A stretch of 64,000 nucleotides of DNA. It comes from Hemiscyllium ocellatum. Lineage: Eukaryota. Position numbers and translations under genes: made by a program. This document shows positions 1-12,399 of the stretch, piece after piece. Each line of letters starts with the position of its first letter. Position 1 is the stretch's first letter. Location of the stretch: the NCBI RefSeq assembly GCF_020745735.1, contig NC_083410.1, forward strand, positions 3,322,117 to 3,386,116, in the 5' to 3' direction. The notes beneath the pieces are model-generated. The model made no database searches. It saw only the letters and a list, made by a program, of their open reading frames with translations, and was not told the origin of the DNA.

Positions 1-304
1 TACCACTGCCATAGGGGTTCAGGAGAAAAACAGACTAGTGGGGAGTGGGGCCGATGGGGGTGGGGAGATGGACTGACTGGGGGGATCTCGGTGCGGGGGG
101 TGCCTGGATGTGGGTGGGGGCAATGTCTGGGAGTGTTCCCACCTCCCCACTCCACATCACCAGAGGGAGGTTGTGATGATGTTCCTGACCTGATATTCAC
201 ATCTGTGTGTCTATGTCTCTCTTTCTCTCTCCTTCTCCCTCTCTCCCCCTCCCTCTCTCCCCCTCCCTCTCCACCCTTCCTTCCCTCTCTGTCTCTTTCC
301 CCAG

Positions 305-405
305 AACTCCATGAAGCTCCTGTATCGCTGTATGTGGCCTCTCTGTCAGAAATTGCTCTCCTCACCGGCTGGAATCCGCAGGCACATCCGCACTGTACAC
401 CTCGG
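305..405 (+). CDS. Internal exon (C2H2 zinc finger) of a ZNF395/ZNF704/SLC2A4RG-family gene
   Basis: Acceptor ...ctttccccag|, phase 0. Reads NSMKLLYRCMWPLCQKLLSSPAGIRRHIRTVHLG, then donor |gtagga in phase 2. CxxxxC...HxxxxH spacing and sequence match the single finger of this family. Not in the ORF track. Confidence 0.9.
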
Positions 406-2191
406 GTAGGAAATATTGCCCAGCTGGAGGGGATGGGGAAATGGGGGGGTTGAGGGTGAGACTGTGGGTAATGGGAGAACTGTGGGTAAGATACAGAGTG
501 AAACTCTCTTTATGCTGTCCCCATCAAACACTCCCAGGACAGGGATAGCACGGGGTTAGATACAGAGTAAAGCTCCCTCTGGTGTTTCTTTGAGCTCAGC
601 CTATCCTGGTTAAATTGGTTGAATTCAATTGTGGTGTCGGTCTGCCCCCATGTGGTGTAGATGGTTATTGCAGGGTCTGATGTGTTGAGCTCAGCCAACT
701 GTGTGTGGGGGCAGGCAGTGTCTGTGATGCTGGTTCTCACCTGCGAATTGTGTCAAAGTGTTTGACGTCAGCGATGAGAGAGGTGTGAGCATGTTGGAGT
801 TATTCACCTCGGAGCAGAGCTGAGTGTATTAATGGGAGAATTGACATGTTGAAAATAGTGGGAGGAATCTTGGATTGTAAACAATAATAAGACTTACAAT
901 ACTAAAGGAGCAGAGAGTGCTGGGTGAATCTGTGCAGAAATAGGTGATCATGTGTCAGATTGTGCTGGGAACACTGAAGTTTACAGCAATCAGGGCACTG
1001 TTCATAGGGGTGTAGGTTAAAACACAAGGCCGTTACTGTGAGTCTTCAATGAAGACTATTTCAGTCTTGAGGAGGACTATGAATACCTCTACCTTTTCAG
1101 AATAATGTGAACTCTTGCAGAGGCTACAGTTGTTATTTAATGAATGGGGCACTTCCTGGTGGAGATGGAGCAAACAAAGTGGGACTGTTTTCCCTGGAGA
1201 GGAGGAGATTGAGAGGGAGATTTAATCAAGGTGTTCAAACTCCTTACACCTCCAGACCCCCAGCTTGAAGATGAAGAACCTGTTGTATTTACAGAAAGAG
1301 GGTCCCAGTGCAAGATAACGGGCAAAACAAACAATGGTGACTAACGGAATAAAGTGTTCACACAGCGAATGGTTAATATCTGACAGGCTGTGTGAGTGAA
1401 TGTGTCTTTCTAAACCGAAAGAGGATTTGCAGGAAGAAGAGGAAAGGCTAGGAAATCGAGGGGAGAGGCAGAGCCAGCACGCACATGATGGAGCAAATGT
1501 AATCTTTGTCACCTTTCCATCATTGAGAGTGCAGCAGGAGGATTGGTAACCATGCTGGTGCCATGGCACCGTGGAAAATACTCAGTCACAGATTCAGAGG
1601 GAATGGTGAGGAATGGTTGGCTGTGCCGTGAGTTGGAATCTGGAATTGGAGGCTTTGGCAAGCACATTCACTGGGAATATTCCAAAAGGGATTTGAAGGT
1701 GGATAAGGAACAATCATTCAGGATGGAGCAGCGGTGTTGGGGGGTGGGGGTGGGGGTAGTCTTACAAAAAGCCAACATGAAAATGATGGGCTGAACGTAC
1801 TGCCTCACTCTGTGATATTGAATGAGGACAGGCTCTGAAGCACCATGAAGTTGAGTAGCCTGATCTTGCAGGTGGAGTTTGAACTGGGTGTTTGGATAAT
1901 AGGTGGGGGAGGGGAGGGAGCTCTGGGGGCAATTCCCTGAGTGTCCCAGTCACCCCCCTCTGCCCCTTGACAGCAGATTAACCCCACTCCATGGGTGGGA
2001 CGGATTTGATTTAGCAACGAGGGATAAGTGGGTGAGGTGGTGGGACAGGGTGGGGGGTGGGAGAGGTGTGGGGTATGGGCAGGGAGGGCATTGGGAAAGG
2101 GGAGCTGGGGTGTGGACAGGTGGGTGTTTGGGGCAGGGGGCACAGGGGAGCTGGGGTTGCTGTAATGGAGTTTTGTGGTTGGTTCTGACAG

Positions 2192-2438
2192 GCGTGGCGA
2201 CTGTGAACACAGCGATGGAGAAGAGGATTTCTATTACACTGAGATCTCAGTGAGTGAGGATGAGAACCCAGACACTGTGAGCACACGGCGCTGTGTGTCC
2301 CCACCTGCTGTACTCCAGGACCAGAGGGTCTCCGTCACTCCGTCACAGGGAGGCAGCTCTGAACACCAGCTCCCAGGCCCCCTCAGTCAGTCTGCTCCCA
2401 GCTCTCTGTGGCAGGTCTGTGTCGACCACACCTACCAG
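2192..2438 (+). CDS. Internal exon of the ZNF395/ZNF704-family gene (acidic SDGEEDFYYTE motif to DHxYQ)
   Basis: Acceptor ttctgacag| in phase 2 joins the previous exon in frame. Reads RGDCEHSDGEEDFYYTEI...LSQSAPSSLWQVCVDHTYQ, then donor |gtacac in phase 0. Family motifs SDGEEDFYYTE, LSxSAP and DHxYQ are present. Confidence 0.9.
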
Positions 2439-2599
2439 GTACACACATCACTCAGGGCCTGTCAGTAAGACACACTGCCTGTACGGTCAGGGACTCTCTG
2501 TGAGACCCACTCCCCTCACAGTCAGGGACTCTCTGTGAGACCCATTACCCACACAGTCAAGAAGCATTTATTCCGGAGGGATAAATTCCAAACAATACC

Positions 2600-4295
2600 T
2601 TTAAATCAATACTTTTCGTCAGTATTCACTCAGGAACAGGACACTGTTGCTGGTGTGAATATTGAGTCACAAGTGATTAGAATGGATGGCATTGAAGTAT
2701 GTAGGGAAGAGGTTTTGGGAATACTGGAAAGGATGAAAATAGATAAGTCTCCTGGGCCTGATGGCATTTATCCTAGGATCCTCTGGGAAGCTAGGGAGGA
2801 GATAGCAGAGCCATTGGCCTGGATTTTTATGTTGTCATTGTCAACGGGAATAGTACCAGAAGACTGGAGGATGGCGAATGTGGTCCCCTTGTTCAAGAAC
2901 GGGAGTAGGGATAGCCCGAGTAACTACAGGCCAGTGAGTCTGACTTCTGTGGTGGGCAAAGTCTTAGAGAGAATTGTAAGGGATAAGATTTATGAACATC
3001 TGGATAGGAATAACGTGATCAAGGATAGTCAGCATGGTTTTGTGAAGGGCAGATCGTGCCTCACAAACCTTATTGAGTTCTTTGAGCAGGTGACTAAGGA
3101 GGTGGACGAGGGTAAAGCAGTAGATGTTGTGTATATGGATTTTAGTAAGGCGTTCAATAAGGTACCCCATGGTAGGCTAATGCAAAAACTACGGAGGTAT
3201 GGCATTGAGGGTGCATTAGAGGTTTGGATTAGAAATTGGCTGGCTGGAAGGAGACAGAGGGTAGTAGTTGATGGTATAGGTTCATCTTGGAGTGCAGTTA
3301 CTAGCGGTGTACCTCAAGGATCTTTTTTGGGACCATTGCTTTTTGTTATCTTTATAAATGATCTAGAGGAGGGGCTTGAAAGCTGGGTGAGTAAGTTTGC
3401 GGATGACACAAAAGTCGGTGGAGTTGTGGATAGTGAGGAAGGATGTGGCAGGTTACAGCGGGATATAGATAAGTTGCAGAGCTGGGCAGAAAGGTGGCAA
3501 ATGGAATTCAATGTAGCTAAGTGTGAAGTCATTCACTTTGGTAGGAGTAACAAGAAGATGGATTACTGGGCTAATGGTAGGCTACTTGGTAGTGTGGATG
3601 AGCAGAGGGATCTTGGTGTCCATGTACACAGATCTCTGAAAGTTGCCACCCAGGTAAATAGCGCTGTGAGGAAGGCATATGGTGTACTGGGCTTTATTGG
3701 CAGAGGAATTGAGTTCCGGAGTCCTGAGGTCATGTTGCAGTTGTATAAGACTCTGGTGCGGCCTCATCTGGAGTATTGTGTGCAGTTTTGGTCGCCATAC
3801 TATAGGAAGGATGTGGAGGCATTGGAACGAGTGCAGAGGAGGTTTACCAGGATGTTGCCTGGTATGGTAGGAAAATCGTATGAGGAAAGACTGAGGCACT
3901 TGGGGCTGTTCTCATTGGAGAAAAGAAGGTTTAGGGGAGATTTGATAGAGGTGTACAATATGATTAGGGGTTTAGATAGGGTAGACACTGAGAACCTTTT
4001 ACCGCTAATGGAGTCAGCTGTTACAAGGGGACACAGCTTTAAATTAAGGGGTGGAAGGTATAGGACAGATGTTAGGGGTAGATTCTTTACACAGCGGGTT
4101 GTGAGTTCATGGAATGCCCTGCCAGTAGCAGTGGTGAACTCTCCCTCTTTATGGTCATTTAAGCGGGCATTGGATAGGCATTTGGAAGTTATTGGGCTAG
4201 TGTAGGTTAGGTAGGATTCGGTCGGCGCAACATTGAGGGCCGAAGGGCCTGTACTGCGCTGTATTTTTCTATGTTCTATGTTCTATGTTCTATGT
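2600..4295 (+). mobile_element. 5'-truncated young CR1-clade LINE (RT domain open, no endonuclease)
   Basis: ORF 2535-4205 has KSPGPDGI, NYRPVSLTS, QHGF, DFSKAF, GVPQGS, FADD. The 3' UTR ends in (ctatgtt)n at ~4269-4295. Closely similar to the copies at 58-61 kb and 62.4-64 kb. Confidence 0.95.
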
Positions 4296-6357
4296 TTCAG
4301 GGGGTGGTCAGTGACGATCTCAGTGGGTGGTCAGTGATGGTCTCGGGGTGGTCAGTGGATGTCAGTGATGGTCTCAGTGGGAGGTCAGTGACGGTCTCGG
4401 TGGTCAGTGAGTGGTCAATGACGGTCTCAGTGGGTGGCCAGTGAGTGGTCAGTGACAGTCTCGGGGGTGGTCAGTGAGTGGTCAGTGATGGTCTTGGGGT
4501 GGTCAGTGAGTGGTCAGTGACGGTCTCAGTGAGTGATCAGTGAGTGGTTAGTGATGGTCTCATTGGGCAGTCAGTGAGTGGACAGTGAGTGGTCAGTGAA
4601 TGTCTCAAGGAGTGATCAGTGAGTGGTCAGTGATGGTCTCAGGGGTGGTCAGTGAGTGGTCAGTGACGGTCTTAGTGAGTGGTCATTGACGGTCTCAGGG
4701 CGGTCAGTGAGTGGACAATAAGTGGTCAGTGATGGTCTCGGGGTGGTCAGTGAGTGGCCAGTGATGGTTTCAGTGAGTGGTCAATAATGGTCTCAGTGAG
4801 TGATCAGTGAGTGGTCAGTGATGGTCTCATTGGGCGGTCAGTGAGTGGACAGTGAGTGGTCAGTGAATGTCTCAGGGAGTGGTCAGTGAGTGGTCAGTGA
4901 TGGTCTCAGTGGGTGGTCAGTGACGGTCTCGGGGTTGTCAGTGAGTGGTCAATGACGGTCTCGGGGTGGTCAGTGAGTGGTCAATGACGGTCTCAGTGGG
5001 TGGTCAGTGACAGTCTCGGGGTGGTCAGTGAGTGGCCAGTGACGGTCTCGGGGTGGTCAGTGAGTGGCCAGTGATGGTTTCAGTGGGTGGACAGTGAGTG
5101 GTCAGTGATGGTTTCAGTGGGTGGTCAGTGACGATCTCAGTGGGTGGTCAGTGATGGTCTCGGGGTGGTCAGTGGGTGTCAGTGATGGTCTCAGTAGGTG
5201 GTCAATGACGGTCTCATTGGGTGGTCAGTGAGTGGTCAGTGATGGTCTCAGTGAATGGACAGTGAGTGGTCAGTGACAGTCTCAGTGGGAGGTCAGTGAC
5301 GGTCTGAGTGGGAGGTCAGTGACTGTCTCGGGGTGGACAGTGAGTGGTCAGTGACAGTCACAGGGGGTGATCAGTGATGATCTCAGTGGGTGGACAGTGA
5401 ATGGTCAGTAACGGTCTCGGGGTGGTCAGTGACTGTCTCAATGAGTGGTCAGTGATGGTCTCAGTGGGTGGTCAGTGAGTGATCAGTGACAGTCTTGGGG
5501 GTGGTCAGGTGAGTGGTCAGTGGTCTCGGGGTGGTCAGTGAGTGATCAGTGACTGTCTCAGTAGTGGTCAGTGATGGTCTTGGGGTGGTCAGTGACGGTC
5601 TCATTGGGTGGTCAGTGACAGTCTCAGTGAATGGACAGTGGGTGGCCAGTGATGGTCTCAGTGGGTGGCCAGTGATGGTCTGAGTGGGTGGTCAGTGAGT
5701 GCTCAGTGACGGTCTCAGTGGGTAGACAGTAAGCGGTCAATGACGGTCTCAATGAGTGGTCTGTGACGGTCTCAGGAGATGGTCAGTGAGTGGTCAGTAA
5801 TGATCTCTGAGTGGTCAGTGGTCTCAGTGAGTGGTCACTGACAGTCTGAGTGAGTGGTCAGTGATGGTCTTGGTGATTGGTCAGTGAGTGGTCAGTGTTA
5901 GTCTCATTGGGTGGTCAGTGAGTGGTCAGTGGCAGTCTCAGGGGTGGTCAGTGACAGTCTCAGTGAGTGGTCAGTGATGGTCTCAGTGGGTGGTCAGTGA
6001 GTGGTCAATGACGGTCTCAGTGACTGTTTCAATGAGTGGTCAGTGACAGACTCAGAGGGTGGTCAGTGACGGTCTCAGGGGTGGTCAGTGACTGTTTCAG
6101 TGAGTGGTCAGTGACAGTCTTGGGTTGGTCAGTGAGTGGTCAGTGATGGTCTCAGAGTGGTCAGTGAGTGGTCATTGACATTCTCTGACTAGTCAGTGAC
6201 GTTTCAGTGGGTGGACAGTGAGTGGTCAGTGATGGTTTCAGGAGGTGGTCAGTGACGATCTCAGTGGGTGGTCAGTGACAGTCTCAGGGTGGTCAGTGGG
6301 TGGTCAGTGATGGGTCTCAGTGGGTGGTCAGTGATGGGTCTCAGTAAGAGTGGACAG
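4296..6357. repeat. ~2.06 kb degenerate composite minisatellite built from GGTCAGTGA
   Basis: Irregular alternation of ggtcagtgagt and ggtcagtga(c/t)ggtctc(a/g)g(t/g)ggt units, directly after the LINE tail and intronic to the zinc-finger gene. No unique spacers. Confidence 0.95.
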
Positions 6358-6406
6358 TGAAAGCTTGCTGCCATCAGATGGTCACTGTTGGTCATTTCTG
6401 TTCCAG

Positions 6407-6525
6407 ATCTCTCCAGATTACCGCTGTGCCTTCACATTTGGGGATTGCTCTATCCAACCACAAGTGACCCTGCTGAAGCCCCATGTTGTTTTTGCCTCTC
6501 CAGTGCCCAGCCTCAGTGGGACAAG
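6407..6525 (+). CDS. Penultimate exon of the ZNF395/ZNF704-family gene, carrying two in-frame stops as written
   Basis: Acceptor ttccag| and donor |gtgagt; 119 nt, phase 0 to 2. Reads ISPDYRCAFTFG...PHVVFASPVPSLSGTR. TGA at 6464-6466 and 6473-6475 both disappear if one G is added to the ggg at 6440-6442 and one C is removed from the ccccc at 6478-6482. Confidence 0.7.
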
Positions 6526-6621
6526 GTGAGTGACAGCAGGGGACAGCACTGAGACTGAGGATAGCCTTGTTCCTCACAGCTACAGTCTGCTCATGGCACT
6601 AACCACGTGTTTGTTTCACAG

Positions 6622-6733
6622 GAAGATCCGCGGGGAAGCTAAGAAGTGCCGCAAAGTGTACGGTTTGGAGAATCGAAGCCAATGGTGCACAGCCTGCCGC
6701 TGGAAAAAAGCTTGTCAACGTTTCCACGACTGA
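6622..6733 (+). CDS. Terminal coding exon: C-clamp domain of the ZNF395/ZNF704-family gene
   Basis: Acceptor tttcacag| in phase 2. Reads [36 protein letters not shown], the C-clamp (CR3) signature KKCRKVYG...[14 protein letters not shown]. Confidence 0.95.
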
Positions 6734-9700
6734 CTCAACGAGCAGTTACCGTGGGAACAGGGAGACTCCCGGCAACGCCCCCTTCTCATGGGGTTTCTGT
6801 CTGTCAGCTCGTTGCGTGAAGAGAGATTCTCCAGAATTGGGAGAGAGTGGATTTCCCTCGGAATGACAGGCTGACGTTGGAGAATGTTGGCCGATAAACT
6901 AGGAGCCTGCAACCGAGGTTTCACCTCGTCCCGGACTGTGGCCGTGGTGGTGAAAGGAAATTCTCTCTCTCTTTCTTTGGGAACGGTTATCCTCCAGGTT
7001 GGAGGGAAGGGATTGACAGGAATGTTCTGATGGACTATGTCTCTTAGAGCCTGGGACTCAGAGCTCCAGCCTCGTCTGAGCATTGATAGGACCCACTGAC
7101 CTTTCTTGAGACAGGGCCTACTAACAGCATCCGGAGATTTCAAATTCTCAGGCACAGCATCACTCCCTGGAATTGGAATGTTCCTGGATTCAATCACCTT
7201 TCCAATTGGGATGCACCATCTGCCATTGGTCATTTGTTTTTCCTCCAACAGAATTCCTCAGGGATCGGAGAGAAAGGAGCACAACTACCAAACTTTGAGT
7301 GATGTCAGTAAAGGCTCTTCCAAAGCTCCGTGTGCCTGTGTTTGGAATCTCCTCATTGTTTCAGGCACTGAGTGATTAATGACAGCCCCGGATGTTTATA
7401 ATGACCTGGATCAGTCTCAGTGTAACTCCCTGCAGGACTGGCTGGCATTGACGTAGGCATTGGAATGGACTACTGCAGAAAGAGCCCTGACCACCCTGCA
7501 GAGTCCTCCTTACTAACACTAGATATAGGTTTATTGTCACGTGTCTATAAAATTACAGTGAAAAGTGTTTTCTTCATACGTTATATAGAAAGTTTCACCA
7601 CACTTTGGTGCCATCTTGTAACACTGAATATAATGCAAGATTTTACTGCAGTAGAGTTCATCTTTCTCTCTTCTTCAGGTTCCTCCTCCTCTGCTCCTCC
7701 AGTAGCTGCTTGACCTTGGCTCCTGTTTCCAGGCCTTCAGGCTGCAACTCCCATGACTGCCATGTCTGAGCTGGGGCCCTGGGCCTGGCTATGTGCAAGT
7801 TCAGTTCCTCCTCATCCCCATCTGAAGCACCTCCAGATGCTGCCGCTGGTTATCAGTTATCAGGGTCCTCCACCATCCATCCCTTTCATCGCTTTCACTG
7901 TTCCTTCTGGAATCAAAATGTGTGGTGCTAGAAAAGCACAACTAGTCAGGCAGCATCTGAGGAGCAGGAGAGTCGACGTTTTGGTCATTCCTGATGAACA
8001 CCTTATGCTTGAAACGTCGACTCTCCTGCTCCTTGGGTGCTGCCTGACAGGCTGTGCTTTTCCAGCACCACATTTTTAAACTCTGATCTCCAGCAGCTGG
8101 AGTCCTCACTTTTTCCTTTGCTCCTTCCGGAAGCTGGGCCTAGCGGCAGACCGGGAGCCTCAGCCTAGTCACGGACCTGGTACCTCGGCCGATCCTGTGA
8201 GTTCAGGCCGGGGGACTCAGCCCAGGACCTGCTCCTTGCTCGCTGGGAGACCTTGGGCTGGGATGGAGCCGTGTCTGGCTTGTTCAGGTGTTGCTGCCAC
8301 CAGAGGCCTCCTCCTTCACTCGCCACGTTCCAGGCTTTAACCAGACTGGCTGCAGGGAGAGGTTTCACCCACAGCCCCCAAACTCCAGCTGAAAGATTCG
8401 AACTGCTTTTGGAGTCTCTGGTATCAGAGCACCCTGTCCCTGAGCATTAAGAGCGGTATGTAACCTCCTTTGTCAGCTCTGGGCCTCAGGCAGTGCCTTG
8501 TTATGTTTGTGAGGAGGAGAGCACTGTGTGTGCTCAATGGTCCCATACCCGAGCAATGTTAAGTATCTGCCTGGTTCTGGTGTTACTGCCCAATGCTTGG
8601 AGCTTTCTCTCTCGTCACGCCCCACTCAGAGCAATCTCCACGTGTCTCTTACTGAGTGTGAAAGTGTGCACCATCGTAAGACCCTGTCCTGATCAGCTCG
8701 GTGTTGATAGACTCAAATAATGTGATAAAGCTGGGATCGACATTTACAAATTCCCATTTGTGTGTCACACCCACAGCCTCTAGCTCTGTGGGTCACTTGA
8801 CAAAGTGAATCTGAACAAAATACACCCCTCCCACCCCCTCCATTGCCCTCCCCAGCAACCCCCTCACCCACCAAGACCAGCGCTAACTGGAGTTAAACAG
8901 AGTGTTGGATAAACAAGCACAGAATACGCTGGAGAGACTCAATACTGTCTGTGGGGAGACAGACTGAGAGAGAGAAAGAGAGAAACAGGGTTAATGTTTT
9001 GGGTTCAGTGATCCTTCTCCAGAACTCCGTCCTGTTCCCCAGACTCTCCATGCTCCACCCACGTGACCCTGTCTGCTCCCCTGACCTTTCCCAACCCCCA
9101 GCATCTGTGCCAGCTTGGAATCTGGGAGTCTGTGTTTCAAACACAGTGTGAGTGATTGAAATAGAATCAAACGCTGTTCTGAATTTAAATAGCAATATGA
9201 ATATTACCGGATTGAAATGGTTATCTATATTTATACAATAGAAAATTTGAACAGAGTGAATTTAAAACCTGACTGGAAATTGAAGATGAATGCTGATTGC
9301 TAATCCTGTGGACTACAAATCCCACAATTGTCTTTAGAAATTGGCAACTCTGGGAGGAGAGCTCCGAGTGGTTTCAGACACAACCTTTCTGATAGGATTC
9401 AAAGAGAAAGAACCTTGATTTTTTTGGGGTATTTGAGTGGGTCATACATCATAAACAGGACAAAAAGACACTCTGTCCCATAAATGAGTCACGTAGTCTG
9501 TGAGTTTTAGTGCGAGTGTGATGCCAGTGTATAGGGTCTGCATCACAATATCTGATTATAACAGGAAGAGCGTTGAGTGTACTCAACCAGCACATTGTGT
9601 GAGGAACCCAGAACATAGTAACCAAAATTACGCGTGATTCCATGATTGGACTGCACATTCTGAACAATCCAGGGTGCACTATGAATTAGGAGAAAGTGAG

Positions 9701-10329
9701 GACTGCAGATGCTGAAGATCAGAGCTAAAAATGTGTTGCTGGAAAAGCGCAGCAGGTCAGGCAGCATCCAAGGAACAGGAGAATGTGCAGGAGCACTATG
9801 AATTACACAAACAGCTAATTATAGATTCTCAGTAACACCTCTAACAAGGTTCATTTAGTCTTGATAGAAACTATACGTAATCACATACATACATACATAC
9901 AGCTGGTTCTCTGCAGGCAAAAAGCATTTGTTCAGAAATTTCAACTTTTCAATCTAACAGAAATTTGGAGATACCTATCGCTTGGTGCATTCCCCATAAC
10001 AATCCCTTATCCAATCAAAGTTAAGTTGTCTTTCATTAATTTTAAACATATTGTTTGGGACATGGTCATGCAGAATGTACTAGGGAAGAGATATCTCCCA
10101 ATCAGGGTCCAATTAATCAGCACCCTTTTTGTTATGTAGCATACATTGTTATTCGTGTTGGTATTCTTGCAATTGTGTCCTGATGAGTGAAAGATGAGAA
10201 ATGTCTCATTATGTAACTTATCTGAGTTTTGTAATACCAAGAGACTATTTGTATTTTGATAAAACTTCCTAATTTTAAATAAAAAGTGCAAGTTTAAAAT
10301 GTGACTTCAGTTTGGTAATTTCCATCAAT

Positions 10330-11130
10330 GATAATCAATCCTGTCTGTAGGTCTTTGGCACTGTGTTTGAAACAAGCAGACTCAGGAAGTAAGTGCTATA
10401 GGGAAAGCTAGCATTTATTGCTCAGTGCTAGTTCCCGGGGAGGGCAAGGATCCCAGTCGCCCTGACAGAACTCAAACTGGGTGGCATTGCAGCTGAAGTG
10501 CCACAAGATAGTTCTGTCAATGGATCCATATATCACTGTCCTGATGGTCAAGAGTAGCCTGATGGGGCAGTAATAGGCCATTGGTTTTCTCCTGCTTTTT
10601 GTGTGCAGGACATTAATTGGGCAATTTTCCACATTGTTGGGGAGATGCCAGTGTTGTAACTGTATTGGAACAGCTTGGCCAGGGGAGCATGTCTTCGGTA
10701 CTGTTGCCGGAATGTTGTCAAGGCCAGTAGCCTTTGCAGTATCCAGTATCTCCAACTATTACTTGATATCACGAGGAGTGAATTGAATTGACTGGAGACT
10801 GGTGATGCTGGGGACCACTGGAGGAGGCCGAGATGAATCATCCACAGGGCACTTCTGGCTGAAGATTGCTGTGAATGCTTCAGCCTTAGCTTTTGAACTA
10901 GTGTGCTGGGCTCTTCCATCATTAAGGATAGGGATATTTGTGGAGCCTCCTCCTCCAGTGAGTGTTTAATTGTTCACCACCATTCCCGACTAGATGAAGC
11001 AGGACTGCCAAGCTTAGATCTGATTCATTAGTTGTGGAATCACTTATCTCTGTCTATCACTTACTGCTTATGCTGTTTGGGATGCAAGTAGTCCTGTTTG
11101 GTGGTTTGACCAGCTTGACCTCTCATCTTC
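10330..11130 (-). mobile_element. Degraded LINE RT fragment (CR1/L2 group)
   Basis: Broken frames give LDTAKATGLDNIPA, LAKLFQYSYNTGI.PTMWKIA, YCPIRLL. Apparently the same family as the fragments at 16.6-17.3, 20.7-22.0, 45.3-45.7 and 47.4-48.0 kb. Confidence 0.75.
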
Positions 11131-11139
11131 AGGTAAGCC

Positions 11140-11950
11140 TGGGTATGCAGACCACTCCCTCTGTGACTTCCTCGTCAGGTCCACACCCCCCACCAACCCA
11201 ACCTCCACTCCCAGCACCATCCCCTGCAACTGCAAGAAATGCAAAACTTGCGCCCACACCTCCTCCCTCACTTCCCTCCAAGGCCCCAAGGGATCCTTCC
11301 ATATCCATCACAAATTCACCTGCACCTCCACACACATCATTTACTGCATCCGCTGCACCCGATGTGGCCTCCTCTATATTGGAGAGACAGGCCGCCTACT
11401 TGCAGAACGTTTCAGAGAACACCTCTAGGACACCTGGACCAACCAACCCAACCACCCCGTGGCTCAACAATTTAACTCCCCCTCCCACTCCACCAAGGAC
11501 ATGCAGGTCCTTGAACTCTTCCATCTCCAGACCATAGCAACATAACGGCTGGAGGAAGAGCGCCTCATCTTCTGCCTAGGGACCCTCCAACCACAAAGGA
11601 TGAACTCAGATTTCTCCAGTTTCCTCATTTCCCCTCCCCCCAACTTGTCTCAGTCCCAACCCTCAAACTCAGCACCACTTTCCTAACCTGCAATCTTTTT
11701 CCTGACCTCTCCGCGCCCCACCCCCACTCCAGCCTATCACCCTCACCTTATCACCCTCACCTTAACCCCCTTCCACCTATCGCATTTCCAACGCCACTCC
11801 CCCAAGTCCCTCCTCCAAACCTTTTATCTTGGCCTGCTTGGCACACTTTCCTCATTCCTGAAGAAAGGCTCATGCCTGAAACGTCGATTCTCCTGCTCCT
11901 TGGATGCTGCCTGACCTGCTGCGCTTTTCCAGCAACACATTTTCAGCTAT
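11140..11950 (+). mobile_element. 3' fragment of a Neptune-type Penelope-like element (GIY-YIG endonuclease plus pLTR)
   Basis: Frame not in the ORF track reads PCNCKKCKTCAH...GPKGSFHIHHKFTCTSTHIIYCIRCTRCGLLYIGETGRLLAERFREHL*. It is followed by a pLTR with a degenerate hammerhead core (ctgaaga aaggc tcat gcct gaaacgtc, ~11858-11885). Confidence 0.85.
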
Positions 11951-12265
11951 GCTCCTGGCATGCTCTCCTGTGTTCTCCATTGAACCAGTTGTATCGTTCC
12001 TCAGCGAGTTTATTAATCACAATTAATGTGTAATTTCATGACAGCACTGGGATGATGAAGAGATGGTGTTGTGAAAGACAGGCTGGTATTAATTGCTCAG
12101 CAGCTTCGGTAGGTTTGCACTCCTGTACTGTACCTCTTTATCCCTAAACTAATTATAGAATTTACACATTAATAATATTGTACTTCTCAAGACCCAGTTT
12201 GTGAAGGAGGGACACAAAACTAGTGTTTACTGTGGGACCACAGCACTGTCACAGTACAGTTATCT

Positions 12266-12360
12266 ATTCCTGATGAAGGGCTTTTGCCCGAAACACTGAT
12301 ATTCCTGCTCCTTGGATGCTGCCTGAACTGCTGTGCTTTTCCAGCACCACTCTAATCTAG
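12266..12360 (+). mobile_element. Solo Penelope-type pLTR with minimal hammerhead core
   Basis: attc CTGATGA AGGGC tttt GCCC GAAAC, followed by the family tail ...ctgctccttggatgctgcctgaactgctgtgcttttccagca. Confidence 0.75.
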
Positions 12361-12399
12361 AACCCAGTGCAGTTATCTATCCAGCTCTTGGTGACTGAA

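Noticed and set aside
91-2304. Long Pro/Gly-rich ORFs on both strands
   Set aside because: They arise from low-complexity G-rich and CT-rich intron sequence; the real exons are 305-405 and 2192-2438.
4296-6357. Repeat array as CRISPR or as a coding repeat
   Set aside because: No constant repeat with unique spacers, eukaryotic intronic context, and frequent TGA stops.
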